This document shows positions 8,050 to 18,261 of a stretch of DNA of 64,000 nucleotides, in pieces. The translations under genes were made by a program, and so were the position numbers. Source of the stretch: Candidatus Poribacteria bacterium (lineage in GTDB: Bacteria; Poribacteria; WGA-4E; WGA-3G); assembly GCA_963665235.2 (NCBI GenBank), contig CAXXLX010000001.1:1088001-1152000 (forward strand), read 5' to 3'. Position 1 is the stretch's first letter; every line of letters begins with the position of its first letter. The notes under the pieces were generated by a model that saw only the letters and a list, made by a program, of their open reading frames with translations, had not been told where the DNA came from and ran no database searches.

Positions 8050-9933
8050 TTGAAGGCATTACCATTTACAGATATTACAATTACCGACCGTTTTTGGGCA
8101 CCTCGGCAAGCCACAAACGCAGCCGTAACCATCCCCCATGAAATTGAACAGTGTCGCACAACCGGTAGGATTGATAATTTCGCAAAAGCCGCCGGCCTGA
8201 TGGACGGAAATTTTGAAGGTATTTTCTTCAACGACTCAGATGTCCACAAATTGGTCGAAGCCGCTGCCTATACGTTACGCACACATCCAAACCCACAGTG
8301 GGAATCCGACTTAGACGACATTATCGACAAAATCGCTAAAAGTCAACAACCGGATGGCTATCTGAATTCCTACTTTACGTTAGTTGAGCCGCAGAAGCGA
8401 TGGCAAAACCTCGGCATGATGCATGAGCTCTACTGCGCCGGACATCTGTTCGAAGCGGGTGTCGCGCACTATCAAGCCACCGGCAAAGACAAGCTCCTAG
8501 ATGTCGCCTGTCAATTCGCCACGCTCATTGACAACACCTTCGGACACGGCAAACGGGATGGACTACCAGGGCACCAAGGCATCGAACTCGCCTTAGTGAA
8601 ACTAGCACGTGTAACAGGAGAGGCGCGTTACATGTCCCTCGCCGAATACTTCATTACCAAACGGGGACATTCCCCATCCGTTTTTGAACGAGAATTGGAA
8701 AATCCTGACCTCCCCGGAGGACTCGGAGCGTATAAACACCACTATACGCGAGATGATAAATATGAGGGAACGTATTCACAAGCGCATCTGCCGATACAGG
8801 AACAGACTGAGTGTGTCGGGCATGCGGTACGAGCCATGTACCTCTATGCTGGTGCCGCCGATATCGCCTATGAAACGGGAGACACCGACATTACGAAGGC
8901 ACTTGACGCACTGTGGCAGAACGTTGAAAAACGGTTATATATCACCGGCGGTGTCGGCCCGTCTGGACACAATGAAGGGTTCACAAAGGATTACGAATTG
9001 CCGAATTTCTCCGCTTATGCAGAGACATGCGCCTCAATCGGGTTGATATTTTGGGCACATCGGATGTTTCTGTTGAAAGGCGAGTCCCGTTTCGTGGATG
9101 TATTAGAGACAGCACTTTACAACGGCGCACTTTCCGGAGTTTCACTTGATGGCAAAGGATTCTTTTATCAAAACCCATTAGCCAGCCGCGGCGGAAGACA
9201 TCGACATCCTTGGTTCGGATGTGCTTGTTGCCCACCCAATATCGCACGGTTGCTCGGCTCCCTAGGGCAGTACATCTACGCACATACTGATAAAGCACTG
9301 TGGGTTAATCTCTATGTTGGCAGTACCGCCTCCACCACCGTAACAGGAAATATCCCCGTGAAATTGACACAGGAGACCGATTATCCGTGGGCAGGCGATG
9401 TCAAGATAACGGTTCAGCCGGAAACCCCCGCAACATTCAGCCTGAATTTGCGGATTCCGAGCTGGTGCGACAACTTTGACGTGAGCATCAACGGAGAAGC
9501 TTACAGAGCCCAAGCAGTCCCTAACGGTTACCTGACAATTGACAGGCAATGGCACGCTAACGACACGGTAGAATTGAACATGGCCATGCCGATAGAACGT
9601 ATACATGCCCACCCACTTGTTAGGGAAAACCTCGGGCGGTATGCACTGCAACGTGGCCCACTCGTCTACTGTTTTGAGGATATTGACAACCCCGATGGCA
9701 ATTTTGAAACACTCTCTCTGGGAGATGATGCATCTTTGGATGTCGTATTTGACGGTGAACTCCTTGGTGGTATCACGCGCCTACGTGGCACCGGCACAGT
9801 GTTCAACGCCGAGCAGTGGCAGAATAGCCTCTATCTTTCCAAACCGAGTGCTAAACAGATGGATGTCACAGCTATTCCCTACTATGCCTGGTGCAACCGG
9901 GGTGCAGGGCAGATGGCCGTATGGATACTTTGA
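8050..9933 (+). CDS. GH127-family beta-L-arabinofuranosidase-like glycoside hydrolase (DUF1680)
   Basis: HELYCAGH, GHAVRAMY, YAETCASIG, CACCPPN, IPYYAW motifs. Confidence 0.9.
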   Translation: MKALPFTDITITDRFWAPRQATNAAVTIPHEIEQCRTTGRIDNFAKAAGLMDGNFEGIFFNDSDVHKLVEAAAYTLRTHPNPQWESDLDDIIDKIAKSQQPDGYLNSYFTLVEPQKRWQNLGMMHELYCAGHLFEAGVAHYQATGKDKLLDVACQFATLIDNTFGHGKRDGLPGHQGIELALVKLARVTGEARYMSLAEYFITKRGHSPSVFERELENPDLPGGLGAYKHHYTRDDKYEGTYSQAHLPIQEQTECVGHAVRAMYLYAGAADIAYETGDTDITKALDALWQNVEKRLYITGGVGPSGHNEGFTKDYELPNFSAYAETCASIGLIFWAHRMFLLKGESRFVDVLETALYNGALSGVSLDGKGFFYQNPLASRGGRHRHPWFGCACCPPNIARLLGSLGQYIYAHTDKALWVNLYVGSTASTTVTGNIPVKLTQETDYPWAGDVKITVQPETPATFSLNLRIPSWCDNFDVSINGEAYRAQAVPNGYLTIDRQWHANDTVELNMAMPIERIHAHPLVRENLGRYALQRGPLVYCFEDIDNPDGNFETLSLGDDASLDVVFDGELLGGITRLRGTGTVFNAEQWQNSLYLSKPSAKQMDVTAIPYYAWCNRGAGQMAVWIL

Positions 9934-9956
9934 ACTCGTCACAAGAAGGAACAGAT

Positions 9957-10499
9957 ATGAGATTAATAGCATTACCGTGCATCCTTATCCTTTGCGCAGC
10001 CATCCTATTTACCGGGTGTCCCGAACAGACGAAACAACCGATTACAGATATAATTACGCCATCCCCGCCGAGCTCTCTACAAAAGGCTACAGAGGCGATA
10101 GAACGTGTCAATCAGAGACGAACAGCCACATATCAAAAGGCGGAAGCCGCAGGCGACTTCTCCACCGTATTTATCGACTCTGAAATTATCCTCAGAGAAG
10201 AACTCGATTTTCAAAAGGGGTTTTGGGTCGAATTAGTGGACATTTATCGCAAAGAAAATTCTGAAAATTCGGAGGTAGTGGCAGGATTTAACGGCCTACA
10301 AACGGTTTTCGCTCAAAAATTGGAAGCAGGCACGCTCGGCATGTTTTACTTCGAATACATCAAAATTTTCGACCCGTTAATTGTCGAATATCTCCGGTTG
10401 TCCTATGAATTTCCCAATCAGAACGCAGAGGCCCTTCTGATAAAATACCGAGACTCCATTCGCAATCAAAAAGTGACCATAGTATTTCCTGAAAGTTAA
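9957..10499 (+). CDS. Hypothetical lipoprotein
   Basis: Signal peptide with FTGC lipobox; AAGGA RBS. Confidence 0.7.
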   Translation: MRLIALPCILILCAAILFTGCPEQTKQPITDIITPSPPSSLQKATEAIERVNQRRTATYQKAEAAGDFSTVFIDSEIILREELDFQKGFWVELVDIYRKENSENSEVVAGFNGLQTVFAQKLEAGTLGMFYFEYIKIFDPLIVEYLRLSYEFPNQNAEALLIKYRDSIRNQKVTIVFPES

Positions 10500-10714
10500 G
10501 AAAATCTAGCAGGAGCCTCAGTATTCGGGCAAACAACCCGCTCTTCTGGGCGGGGTCCCCCCGCCCGCTAGGTCCCCCTTTAAATCCCACTATCATGAGG
10601 ACGCTGCATGTTGGCCGAAAACCGCAAAAATTCTATATTATGAAAAATTGCCGAAAACCGCAATATAAAATTCTATATTACGAAAAATTTTTAAAAATCG
10701 TAATATAAAATTCT

Positions 10715-10808
10715 TAGGACTTACGCACTCCCCCCCGCCTGCGGGGGGGTAGGGGGGGGTAAACCCCTGCGAAAACCCGAGAAATCTGTTCTATTTGCGT
10801 AAGTCCTG
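10715..10808. mobile_element. MITE with 13-bp TIR and 5-bp target duplication
   Basis: TAGGACTTACGCA...TGCGTAAGTCCTG flanked by ATTCT on both sides; interrupts a ~40-bp AT-rich tandem repeat (10615-10820). Confidence 0.75.
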
Positions 10809-10916
10809 ATTCTATATTAACCCATTCATCCTTCCAATCTTCCACCTATCCCTTTGACCAGAACGTTACACACCTAAAATTGTCCAAAGTTGAGTATAGG
10901 GTAGCTACATCATATT

Positions 10917-12800
10917 TTATCGATGGAACCTCCGCTCCAGCTCATCGCGTCCCATTTCAACGATGATAGGACGTGAGTGCGGACAATTGAAAGGAAGTTT
11001 CGTCTCCGATAACTCTCGGACAAGGTTAATCATCTCCTTCGTGTCCAATGTGTCCCCCGCCTTAACAGCGGACCGACATGCGAGCGTTATCAGCGCGTTA
11101 TCAAGAGCCTCCGGTATTTCCACATCCGTATGCGGTTGCTCAGGAAGTTTATCAAGTAGGTCCGTGACCGTCTCCGCGGTAGTTCGGGTCGGCAGTATAG
11201 ACGGAATCGCCCGAATTAGTATAGTGTTCCCGCCGAACTCCTCCAGCTCAAATCCGAGTTTTTTGAAAAGCGCCTCATGTGCCTTGAAGATTGCAACTTG
11301 TTGCGGTGTAGCCTCCAAGGTAACAGGAAGCATCAACCCTTGCACAGGAATACCATCCTCCGCCAATTGGTTCACGAAACGTTCGTAAAGTACACGTTCC
11401 GCGGCAACGTGTTGGTCAATAAAGAAAACCTTATCCTCTCCCTCAGCGACAATATAGGTTTTGAAGAGATTCGTCTTCAGTTCAACCGTATCAAAATCGA
11501 GCAATTTGAGCATCGCACCTTCAGGAATCGGTTGCTGCGGCGGTTGCACCACAGCACCAGTACCCTCAGGTGTTTGTGCTGTTTCCTCCGCCTCTATCTT
11601 TTGCGTAGCTGCTTCCGTCCGGTCAGGCGTTTCCGTAGTAGAAGCGTGACTTTCCTGTGGAGCCTCCGTTTCATCAGTTGTCTCACTCGGTTGTGGTCGG
11701 GGTATAGGTGTTGTAGGTCGCTGCTCGGTGCTGGTAGGCCGGTGTTCAACCGTGCGCTGTTCACCAGTGGATTGTGATGTATCAATAGACGTTTCTATTT
11801 TCGGAATATACTTCTGTTTATGAATGACACTCCGAAGCATCCGGACGAGCCCGCTATAAATCATCCGTTCGTTCCGAAACCGCACCTCAATTTTGGCGGG
11901 GTGGACATTCACATCTACTGTATTAGGCTCCAACGTTAGAAAAAGCAGGGCGATAGCATGTCGGTCCTTCGAGATAACAGCCCCAAGGGCCTCCGTGAGT
12001 GCCGCCCCAATGATACGACTACGAATCGGCCGCTGATTCAGGAAAAAGAGTTGATACTCCCGATTAGCCTTAGTAAATTCAGGTTTACCGAGAAAACCGA
12101 ACAGCTGCAAATCCGGCAGCTCCTCTTCAAACTTGATGAGGTTGTCAGCGAATTCTTTGCCATATAAGAGCTGCACACGCTCCAGATGCGAATCGCAAGC
12201 GCGTACATCTATAACCGACCTCCCGTTATGTGATAACGAAAATTGAATCTTCGGATGTGCAAGCGCAGCCCACGTCACCTGATTCGTGATATGGTTCACC
12301 TCAGTCGTGTCCGTCTTGAGGAACTTGAGCCGGGCAGGCACATTATAAAAGAGATTGTTAATAGACATGTGTGTGCCGGGGGAACATCCACTCTCCTGAA
12401 CGGAGCGAAAAACGCCCCCTTCAACATTCACCTTCGTCCCCTCTATAGCATCAGCAGTGCGGGTCAGCAGCTCAAACTGTGAGACAGAGGCAATGCTTGC
12501 CAACGCTTCGCCTCGGAAACCGAAAGTTTGAACGTTTTCAAGGTCTTCCACGCGTGTAACCTTGCTAGTGGCGTGCCGTTCTAAAGCGAGGAGTGCATCT
12601 TCGCGTTCCATACCGACCCCGTTATCGGAGACACGGATAAGGCGTTTACCGCCTGCGCGAATCTCAACGCGGATGTTTGTGCTTTCCGCGTCTATCGCGT
12701 TCTCTATAAGTTCTTTGACAACAGATGCCGGCCGTTCAACGACTTCGCCAGCCGCAATTTTGTTAGCAACATCTGCGGTAAGTATTTTAATTTTTGGCAT
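10917..12800 (-). CDS. mutL: DNA mismatch repair endonuclease MutL
   Basis: IAAGEVVERP, GFRGEAL, DQHVAAER, ACRSAVK, CPHSRP. Confidence 0.97.
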   Translation of the reverse strand: MPKIKILTADVANKIAAGEVVERPASVVKELIENAIDAESTNIRVEIRAGGKRLIRVSDNGVGMEREDALLALERHATSKVTRVEDLENVQTFGFRGEALASIASVSQFELLTRTADAIEGTKVNVEGGVFRSVQESGCSPGTHMSINNLFYNVPARLKFLKTDTTEVNHITNQVTWAALAHPKIQFSLSHNGRSVIDVRACDSHLERVQLLYGKEFADNLIKFEEELPDLQLFGFLGKPEFTKANREYQLFFLNQRPIRSRIIGAALTEALGAVISKDRHAIALLFLTLEPNTVDVNVHPAKIEVRFRNERMIYSGLVRMLRSVIHKQKYIPKIETSIDTSQSTGEQRTVEHRPTSTEQRPTTPIPRPQPSETTDETEAPQESHASTTETPDRTEAATQKIEAEETAQTPEGTGAVVQPPQQPIPEGAMLKLLDFDTVELKTNLFKTYIVAEGEDKVFFIDQHVAAERVLYERFVNQLAEDGIPVQGLMLPVTLEATPQQVAIFKAHEALFKKLGFELEEFGGNTILIRAIPSILPTRTTAETVTDLLDKLPEQPHTDVEIPEALDNALITLACRSAVKAGDTLDTKEMINLVRELSETKLPFNCPHSRPIIVEMGRDELERRFHR

Positions 12801-12974
12801 GTATTTCTTAAAAACCCTATTCTTTGAAAATAGAGCCCTTTCCTTATGTATGTATGTGATAGTGCGGAGCGAGGCTAAAGAACAGAGCCCCCGCCCTCCA
12901 AATCCGGTTATCTTATTTCACAAAACAGGTATTTCCAATGTCTATTTTAACACAATCTATCCAAAAATGCAAGT

Positions 12975-13637
12975 GGGTGTGTAAAGTTTTTGTACTAACG
13001 TGAGTTTGGAAAAAGTTTTCCCTTAGTATTCCGGCAACCAGCTCGCTCCTTAGGAACGCTATCTTTATAGAAGCAGAGGGACACGCCCCAAATCTTAGTC
13101 CCATCGGGACGATACCTTTATAGGGGTTAGTGCAAACCGACATTTATTATCAAACTCACGTTGCACTATGATAAATGGAAGGGTGGAAGGGTGGAGCGGG
13201 GCAGGGTGGATTTCGCGTGTGTTGTCTGAATGCACGTCGCATTTGGGCGAGGATGCCGCAAAGTGCGGTGGACACAGCGGACACAGCGGACGCGGAAAAA
13301 AGAGGTTTGTTGCTAACATCTACGCATTTTTTGCTGAATCAAGGAAGGTGCGGAGGACGCGGCGGAGGCGGAAAGAAGCGGGGTTTGGGTAACATCTATA
13401 ACCATATCGCCCCGCTGGGGCTATTTTGTGTTTTGTTTGGGTTTTCTATAAAGATACCGCCCCGCTGGGGCTAAGAGCGGACTGTTCCCCTCAAGTTACG
13501 TTAGGAGGTCGCGTGCGAAGCAGGTTTCTACATAAGATGAATGTCGGGATTCCAGACAGGTCGAGGGGTGCCAGTCGCGTGCGAAGCACACTCCTACATA
13601 AGACATCGGACTGTTTGTACAAAAACTTTACACACCC
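12975..13637. mobile_element. Composite MITE-like element with perfect 21-bp TIR
   Basis: GGGTGTGTAAAGTTTTTGTAC at 12975 and its reverse complement at 13617-13637; interior is a mosaic of REP and short repeats. Confidence 0.7.
12997..13162. mobile_element. Nested MITE (AACGTGAGTTTG TIR family)
   Basis: AACGTGAGTTTG...CAAACTCACGTT flanked by GTACT/GCACT; same family at 23603-23755, ends at 1341 and ~48445. Confidence 0.7.
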
Positions 13638-13650
13638 GTAAAGTTTTTTC

Positions 13651-13679
13651 TTGACATTCACACAAATTTCTGGTATCAT
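13651..13679 (+). promoter_or_regulatory. sigma70-type promoter TTGACA-N17-TATCAT
   Basis: Upstream of the TPR gene. Confidence 0.55.
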
Positions 13680-13716
13680 GTTTCTATATCTATAATTCCA
13701 GTTTCGTAGGAATACC

Positions 13717-15684
13717 ATGCAGAACATTAATCCTCTATTTCCATTAATCCGTTTCGTCCTACTGTTTCTGCTCTGTGCAAGTCTTGCCTACAGTCAGGAG
13801 TATGTTATCGTAGACCGTGAAAACGGTGATAGGCTCACCGGAATTTGGCGCGGTGCAACTGAAACCCATTTCAATATTGAATACAACGGACAGGTTTTAA
13901 CGTTCCCGCTGGAAGGCGTTACGCTCAATTTCACGTCAAACCTACAAAATGTTCCGGACCAGAACTCCGAAAAACATTTTCGCAACGGACTTGACCTATT
14001 AACGTTAGAATTCCCCGAATTAGCGAAACGGAAGTTTGAAGCTGCCCTAGAGGAATTTCCAAACCACGCCAACGCCCATTATCAACTCGGTTTACTGCTA
14101 AAGGTTGATGGACAGATAGACGAGGCTCTGAAACATTTCCGCTCAGTGGCGAAAATAGACGCAAAGAATTTTGACCTTGTACCGCTGCTCAAGGAAATCG
14201 GTGACGATGCCCTTACGACAGAGGCGTACGTTCAAGCTGTCAACGCCTACCTGCTAATCTTAATCCATTACCCTGAGCATGAATCCGTTGAAATGCTCAG
14301 CTACCAAACAGGTTTTCTGCTCTCCGAAAAATTAGATAACCCTGAAGCAAGCTTGGAACTGCTTGAAAAAGCGATTACGCAATTTCCGGATGCCTACGAA
14401 CAGGAGAAAGCCGTTTACCAGATTGGAACGTTACAGGCCGAAATAGGCAAACCTGAAAATGCCCTGCATACCCTGGAAAACCTTGTCAGACTCTACCCCG
14501 ATGGTGAATGGGTCGATGATGCGCACTTGAAACGTGCAATTATCTATCTCCACCTCGGGGACAATGAAAAAGCCAGCGAGGAAGCCACCCTTGTGCGAAA
14601 TATGACCGAAGACACCTTCTTAAAGGAGCAAGCCCGGAAAGTATTAGAAGAGAGCGCCTGGGATGTCTACACAAATGGATTGCCCGACACCCAAATTCAG
14701 GCAATTGCCGTAGATGGCACATCCCTCTGGATAGGCACACCGCAAGGGATAGCACAAATCGAAACTGACAACGCCAGCGGTTGGGAAGTGAATGAAGGGG
14801 CTGCTTGGCAGATTAACAATCATTTGCCAGTCGTACCGGATGTCACAACTATTGCTGTTAGTGCATCCGAAATTTGGGTCGGCACCCGAAATCAGGGTAT
14901 TCTCTATTATGACAGAAAAACGACTGAAGTAAAAAATTACGCGCTCACCGAAAATTTACGCAACGCATGGATCCGAGACATCAAGATGGATAAAAGCGAA
15001 ATCTGGTTCGCTACCGAGGCGGGAGTCGTTCGATGGATGCGTGAGAGCGGGACGACGCTGCACTACCATGCAAGCAACAGCCCGGTTCCAAATAATATTC
15101 ACACATTGGCACTCACACCAGAAACGGTGTGGATAGGCACATCTGGTAACAATATCGCTATCTTTGACCGGGAATTCGAAATCTGGAATCCTTACAAATC
15201 CACCGAAATTGCCCCGGAAACCCAGATTGTCAAATTCAGCGTCGTTGACGAAAAATTGTTTTTAACCTGGTTCAATACAGAAAACAGGGAGAACGGTTAT
15301 TTTCAATCAGACTGGGATGGTGCGCGGGGTGTTTCTTTCACAATATCAAGCGGCAGTGACGCAAAAACAGTGTTAGATAACATTTACATCACAGGTATTG
15401 TCGATACAACGGAAGTGCAACCGCCTCCGCCACCGGTTCCAGCAGATGAGGAAACTCAACCGCCCCCGGAACCGCAAACGCCGCTGGTCCTGTGGCTTGC
15501 TACAAACGACTATCTGGCTATCCAGCACACCCGCTCCGAGGCATGGGACGACAACATCGGATATCCAAAGATAGTATTGGAGGACTCAACGCTTCAGTGT
15601 ATTGTCCTCAACAAAGACCGGGTATGGATAGGCACAACAAACGGCATCGCAACAATAGACGAAAAAACACTGAAAACAAAATAG
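13717..15684 (+). CDS. Secreted TPR-repeat plus beta-propeller (two-component-regulator-propeller-like) protein
   Basis: Signal peptide; AHYQLG/AVYQIG TPR helices; repeated LWIGT/IWVGT blades. Confidence 0.75.
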   Translation: MQNINPLFPLIRFVLLFLLCASLAYSQEYVIVDRENGDRLTGIWRGATETHFNIEYNGQVLTFPLEGVTLNFTSNLQNVPDQNSEKHFRNGLDLLTLEFPELAKRKFEAALEEFPNHANAHYQLGLLLKVDGQIDEALKHFRSVAKIDAKNFDLVPLLKEIGDDALTTEAYVQAVNAYLLILIHYPEHESVEMLSYQTGFLLSEKLDNPEASLELLEKAITQFPDAYEQEKAVYQIGTLQAEIGKPENALHTLENLVRLYPDGEWVDDAHLKRAIIYLHLGDNEKASEEATLVRNMTEDTFLKEQARKVLEESAWDVYTNGLPDTQIQAIAVDGTSLWIGTPQGIAQIETDNASGWEVNEGAAWQINNHLPVVPDVTTIAVSASEIWVGTRNQGILYYDRKTTEVKNYALTENLRNAWIRDIKMDKSEIWFATEAGVVRWMRESGTTLHYHASNSPVPNNIHTLALTPETVWIGTSGNNIAIFDREFEIWNPYKSTEIAPETQIVKFSVVDEKLFLTWFNTENRENGYFQSDWDGARGVSFTISSGSDAKTVLDNIYITGIVDTTEVQPPPPPVPADEETQPPPEPQTPLVLWLATNDYLAIQHTRSEAWDDNIGYPKIVLEDSTLQCIVLNKDRVWIGTTNGIATIDEKTLKTK

Positions 15685-15685
15685 A

Positions 15686-16546
15686 ATGAAACGTCCGCAA
15701 CCGACCTGCACAAAACAGATTACCCGTTGGCATCAGTCGAAACCGATGCCCACTAAAGACGAGCTCGTTGTTGAAGAACCGCTTGAAATTCGGGTTAGTC
15801 AACAGAGTTTAATCGTTGTTATGCGGACCCCAGGGCACGATTTTGAATTAGCAGCCGGTTTTCTTTATACCGAGGGCCTCATAACGGAGAGCGATGATAT
15901 TGAAATCATAGCGTACTGCGATGATGAAGGGCAGGCTGAAGTGGAAACAGACACACAAAAACCGCTCCTATCGCCGATGCAAAACATCGTCAACGTGCAG
16001 CTCGGACAAGCACTGAACCTAGAGACACAAACGGGATGGCAGCGAAACTTTCACGCAAACGCCAGCTGCGGGCTCTGCGGCAAAATGACAATTGAATCCG
16101 TTAAACATCAGGTGCCCCCGTTGCGGACAACGTTTCATGTGAATCAAGCTGTCTGTTATCAACTCAACGACCGCTTACGAACCGCACAATCGGTCTTTGA
16201 AAAAACGGGGGGGTTACACGCCGCGGGGCTGTTTGATGAAAATGGAGAACTTCTCATCATCAGAGAGGATATCGGAAGACATAATGCGGTAGATAAGGTT
16301 ATCGGACAAGCGTTGTTGGCTGATATGCTGCCGCTTGGTCAGCATATTTTGATGGTAAGCGGACGGGCTAGTTTTGAAATTGTACAAAAGGCACTATTCG
16401 CTAGAATCCCGATAGTCGTTGCCGTCTCGGCTGCGTCCACACTTGCTGTCGACCTTGCAGAAGAAGGGAATCTCACCTTAATCGGTTTCATGCGGGGACA
16501 AAGCATGGCGGTCTATAGCCGTCCAGAGCGAATTCGGCAGGAATAG
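15686..16546 (+). CDS. fdhD: Formate dehydrogenase accessory sulfurtransferase FdhD
   Basis: MRTPGHD, SCGLCG, TGGLHAA, EDIGRHNAVDK. Confidence 0.95.
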   Translation: MKRPQPTCTKQITRWHQSKPMPTKDELVVEEPLEIRVSQQSLIVVMRTPGHDFELAAGFLYTEGLITESDDIEIIAYCDDEGQAEVETDTQKPLLSPMQNIVNVQLGQALNLETQTGWQRNFHANASCGLCGKMTIESVKHQVPPLRTTFHVNQAVCYQLNDRLRTAQSVFEKTGGLHAAGLFDENGELLIIREDIGRHNAVDKVIGQALLADMLPLGQHILMVSGRASFEIVQKALFARIPIVVAVSAASTLAVDLAEEGNLTLIGFMRGQSMAVYSRPERIRQE

Positions 16547-16642
16547 GAAAAAACGAAAATAGATGGCTGGCAAAGTTTTTACTATCTTTTTTGTATCGTA
16601 ACGTCTCTATAAGATTAAATAAAACTTAAAAGGAGTAAAATA

Positions 16643-16933
16643 GTGATAAATTTCATTTTAGAGAGCCTCCAACTTTTCGTTAATCTGATATTCCTCGCGG
16701 TTGTTGTTGGCACCTTAGGCATCTCGGCACTATACGCCGGGCGGTTAAAAAAACGGTACAATGCGCCCTTCCCATGGAGCAAAACGGCGGCTATCGTAGG
16801 TATCGAAGTCCTGCTTTGGATTGGGTTTAACATCTTCTTTGAAGCATTTCAAGCCAACTGGTTATGGATTTCAATCGCGTCTGTTATTCTTATCGTTTTG
16901 ATTGTCTCGCGAAAAAAGCGGAAATATACCTGA
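16643..16933 (+). CDS. Small membrane protein (about 3 TM)
   Basis: AAGGAG RBS; hydrophobic segments; basic C-tail. Confidence 0.7.
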   Translation: MINFILESLQLFVNLIFLAVVVGTLGISALYAGRLKKRYNAPFPWSKTAAIVGIEVLLWIGFNIFFEAFQANWLWISIASVILIVLIVSRKKRKYT

Positions 16934-17013
16934 ACTAACAAATTATTCATTGTAGGCACTTTCAAAACGTGCCTACAATGTGCTAAATTAACGCGGAAAC
17001 AGGAGGCGGAAAC

Positions 17014-18066
17014 ATGCCCCGAACAGGAAGAGCTGTAGTAGCCTACGGCAAAGATTTTGAAATTCGCGAATACCCGATCCCCGAACCTGCCCCGAACACC
17101 CTGCTACTCCGCCAAGAGTTAGCCGGTATATGCGGTACCGACCTGCATAATTGGCAAAACGGTTTCCAAAAGGAAATCCTATTGGGGCATGAAAATGTCG
17201 GCATCGTTGAAGCAATCGGGGAAGGTGTCACAACGGACTATGTTGGTAAACCGATTAAAGAGGGAGATAGGCTCATCTTTGCACCGGGGACAAACTATGG
17301 CGGTTACGGGTTTCAATGGAATCCGGATGAAGCTCCCCATTTCCGTGGCGGGTTCGCCGATTATATGTATCTGACCTATCCCAACACCTGTTTTATGAAA
17401 ACGGATGCATCGCCAGAGGTTGCAGTCCTTACAGAGCCTTTCACTGTAGGCGTTCATGCAGTGATGCGTGGGGAGATAAAATTAGGCGATACAGTTGTCG
17501 TGCAAGGGTCAGGGGCCATCGGTCTTGTAACGCTTGCCTGTGCAAAATTGAGCGGTGCCGCAAAAGTAATTATGGTCGGTGGCCCCGCCGGACGCTTAGA
17601 ACTTGCAAAACGGTTCGGTGCAGATGTCACTATCGATATTGAAGAGGTACCCTCCGCTGAGGAGCGGACAGAGCTTGTGAAAGCGGAAACCCCGCGCAGT
17701 GCTGGCGCAGATGTCGTCTTTGAATGTGCTGGATTTCTCCCCGCTACCCCTGAAGGCTTGGGTTACACGCGACACAGCGGCACCTTTGTCGAAGTCGGTC
17801 ATTTTGTAGATATGGGCTCAATTGATTTCAACATCAATCAGCTGCTTATGCGTAAAAATCTTCGCGTTGAGGCAATTTGGGGCAGCAGCTATGAGCACTT
17901 CGTCCGTGGACTGCCGCTTCTCGAAAAAAGTGAATTACCCTTCGCAGATATGATTAGTCATCAACTGCCGCTCTCCCAAGTTGAAGATGGGTTTAAGGCA
18001 CTTGATGGAGGTTACCGTATTAACGGCGAAACAGCAATCAAAATCGCTGTCCGCGCCGAGGGATAA
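17014..18066 (+). CDS. Zinc-dependent (MDR) alcohol/sugar dehydrogenase
   Basis: GICGTD, GHE, GSGAIG motifs; lacks the 4-Cys structural zinc loop. Confidence 0.9.
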   Translation: MPRTGRAVVAYGKDFEIREYPIPEPAPNTLLLRQELAGICGTDLHNWQNGFQKEILLGHENVGIVEAIGEGVTTDYVGKPIKEGDRLIFAPGTNYGGYGFQWNPDEAPHFRGGFADYMYLTYPNTCFMKTDASPEVAVLTEPFTVGVHAVMRGEIKLGDTVVVQGSGAIGLVTLACAKLSGAAKVIMVGGPAGRLELAKRFGADVTIDIEEVPSAEERTELVKAETPRSAGADVVFECAGFLPATPEGLGYTRHSGTFVEVGHFVDMGSIDFNINQLLMRKNLRVEAIWGSSYEHFVRGLPLLEKSELPFADMISHQLPLSQVEDGFKALDGGYRINGETAIKIAVRAEG

Positions 18067-18104
18067 TAGACCGAACACATTAATATAACCTAAGTTGCCA
18101 CATA

Positions 18105-18160
18105 GTAGCACAAACTTCCTAGTTTGTGTCATAAGGGCGCAAACTGGAAGTTTACGGTAC
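18105..18160. repeat. Inverted pair of GTAGCA..AAACT REP-like units
   Basis: GTAGCACAAACTTCCTAGTTTGTG facing GCAAACTGGAAGTTTACGGTAC; same family as the 48121 array. Confidence 0.55.
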
Positions 18161-18261
18161 AAGATATTGGCGAATTATAATCATTTTTTGCCTAAAGACG
18201 GAGTGCCCATGTCTAAAAACTTATAGGTAGCAACTTGGATTAATAGAGGAGATTAAAACTC

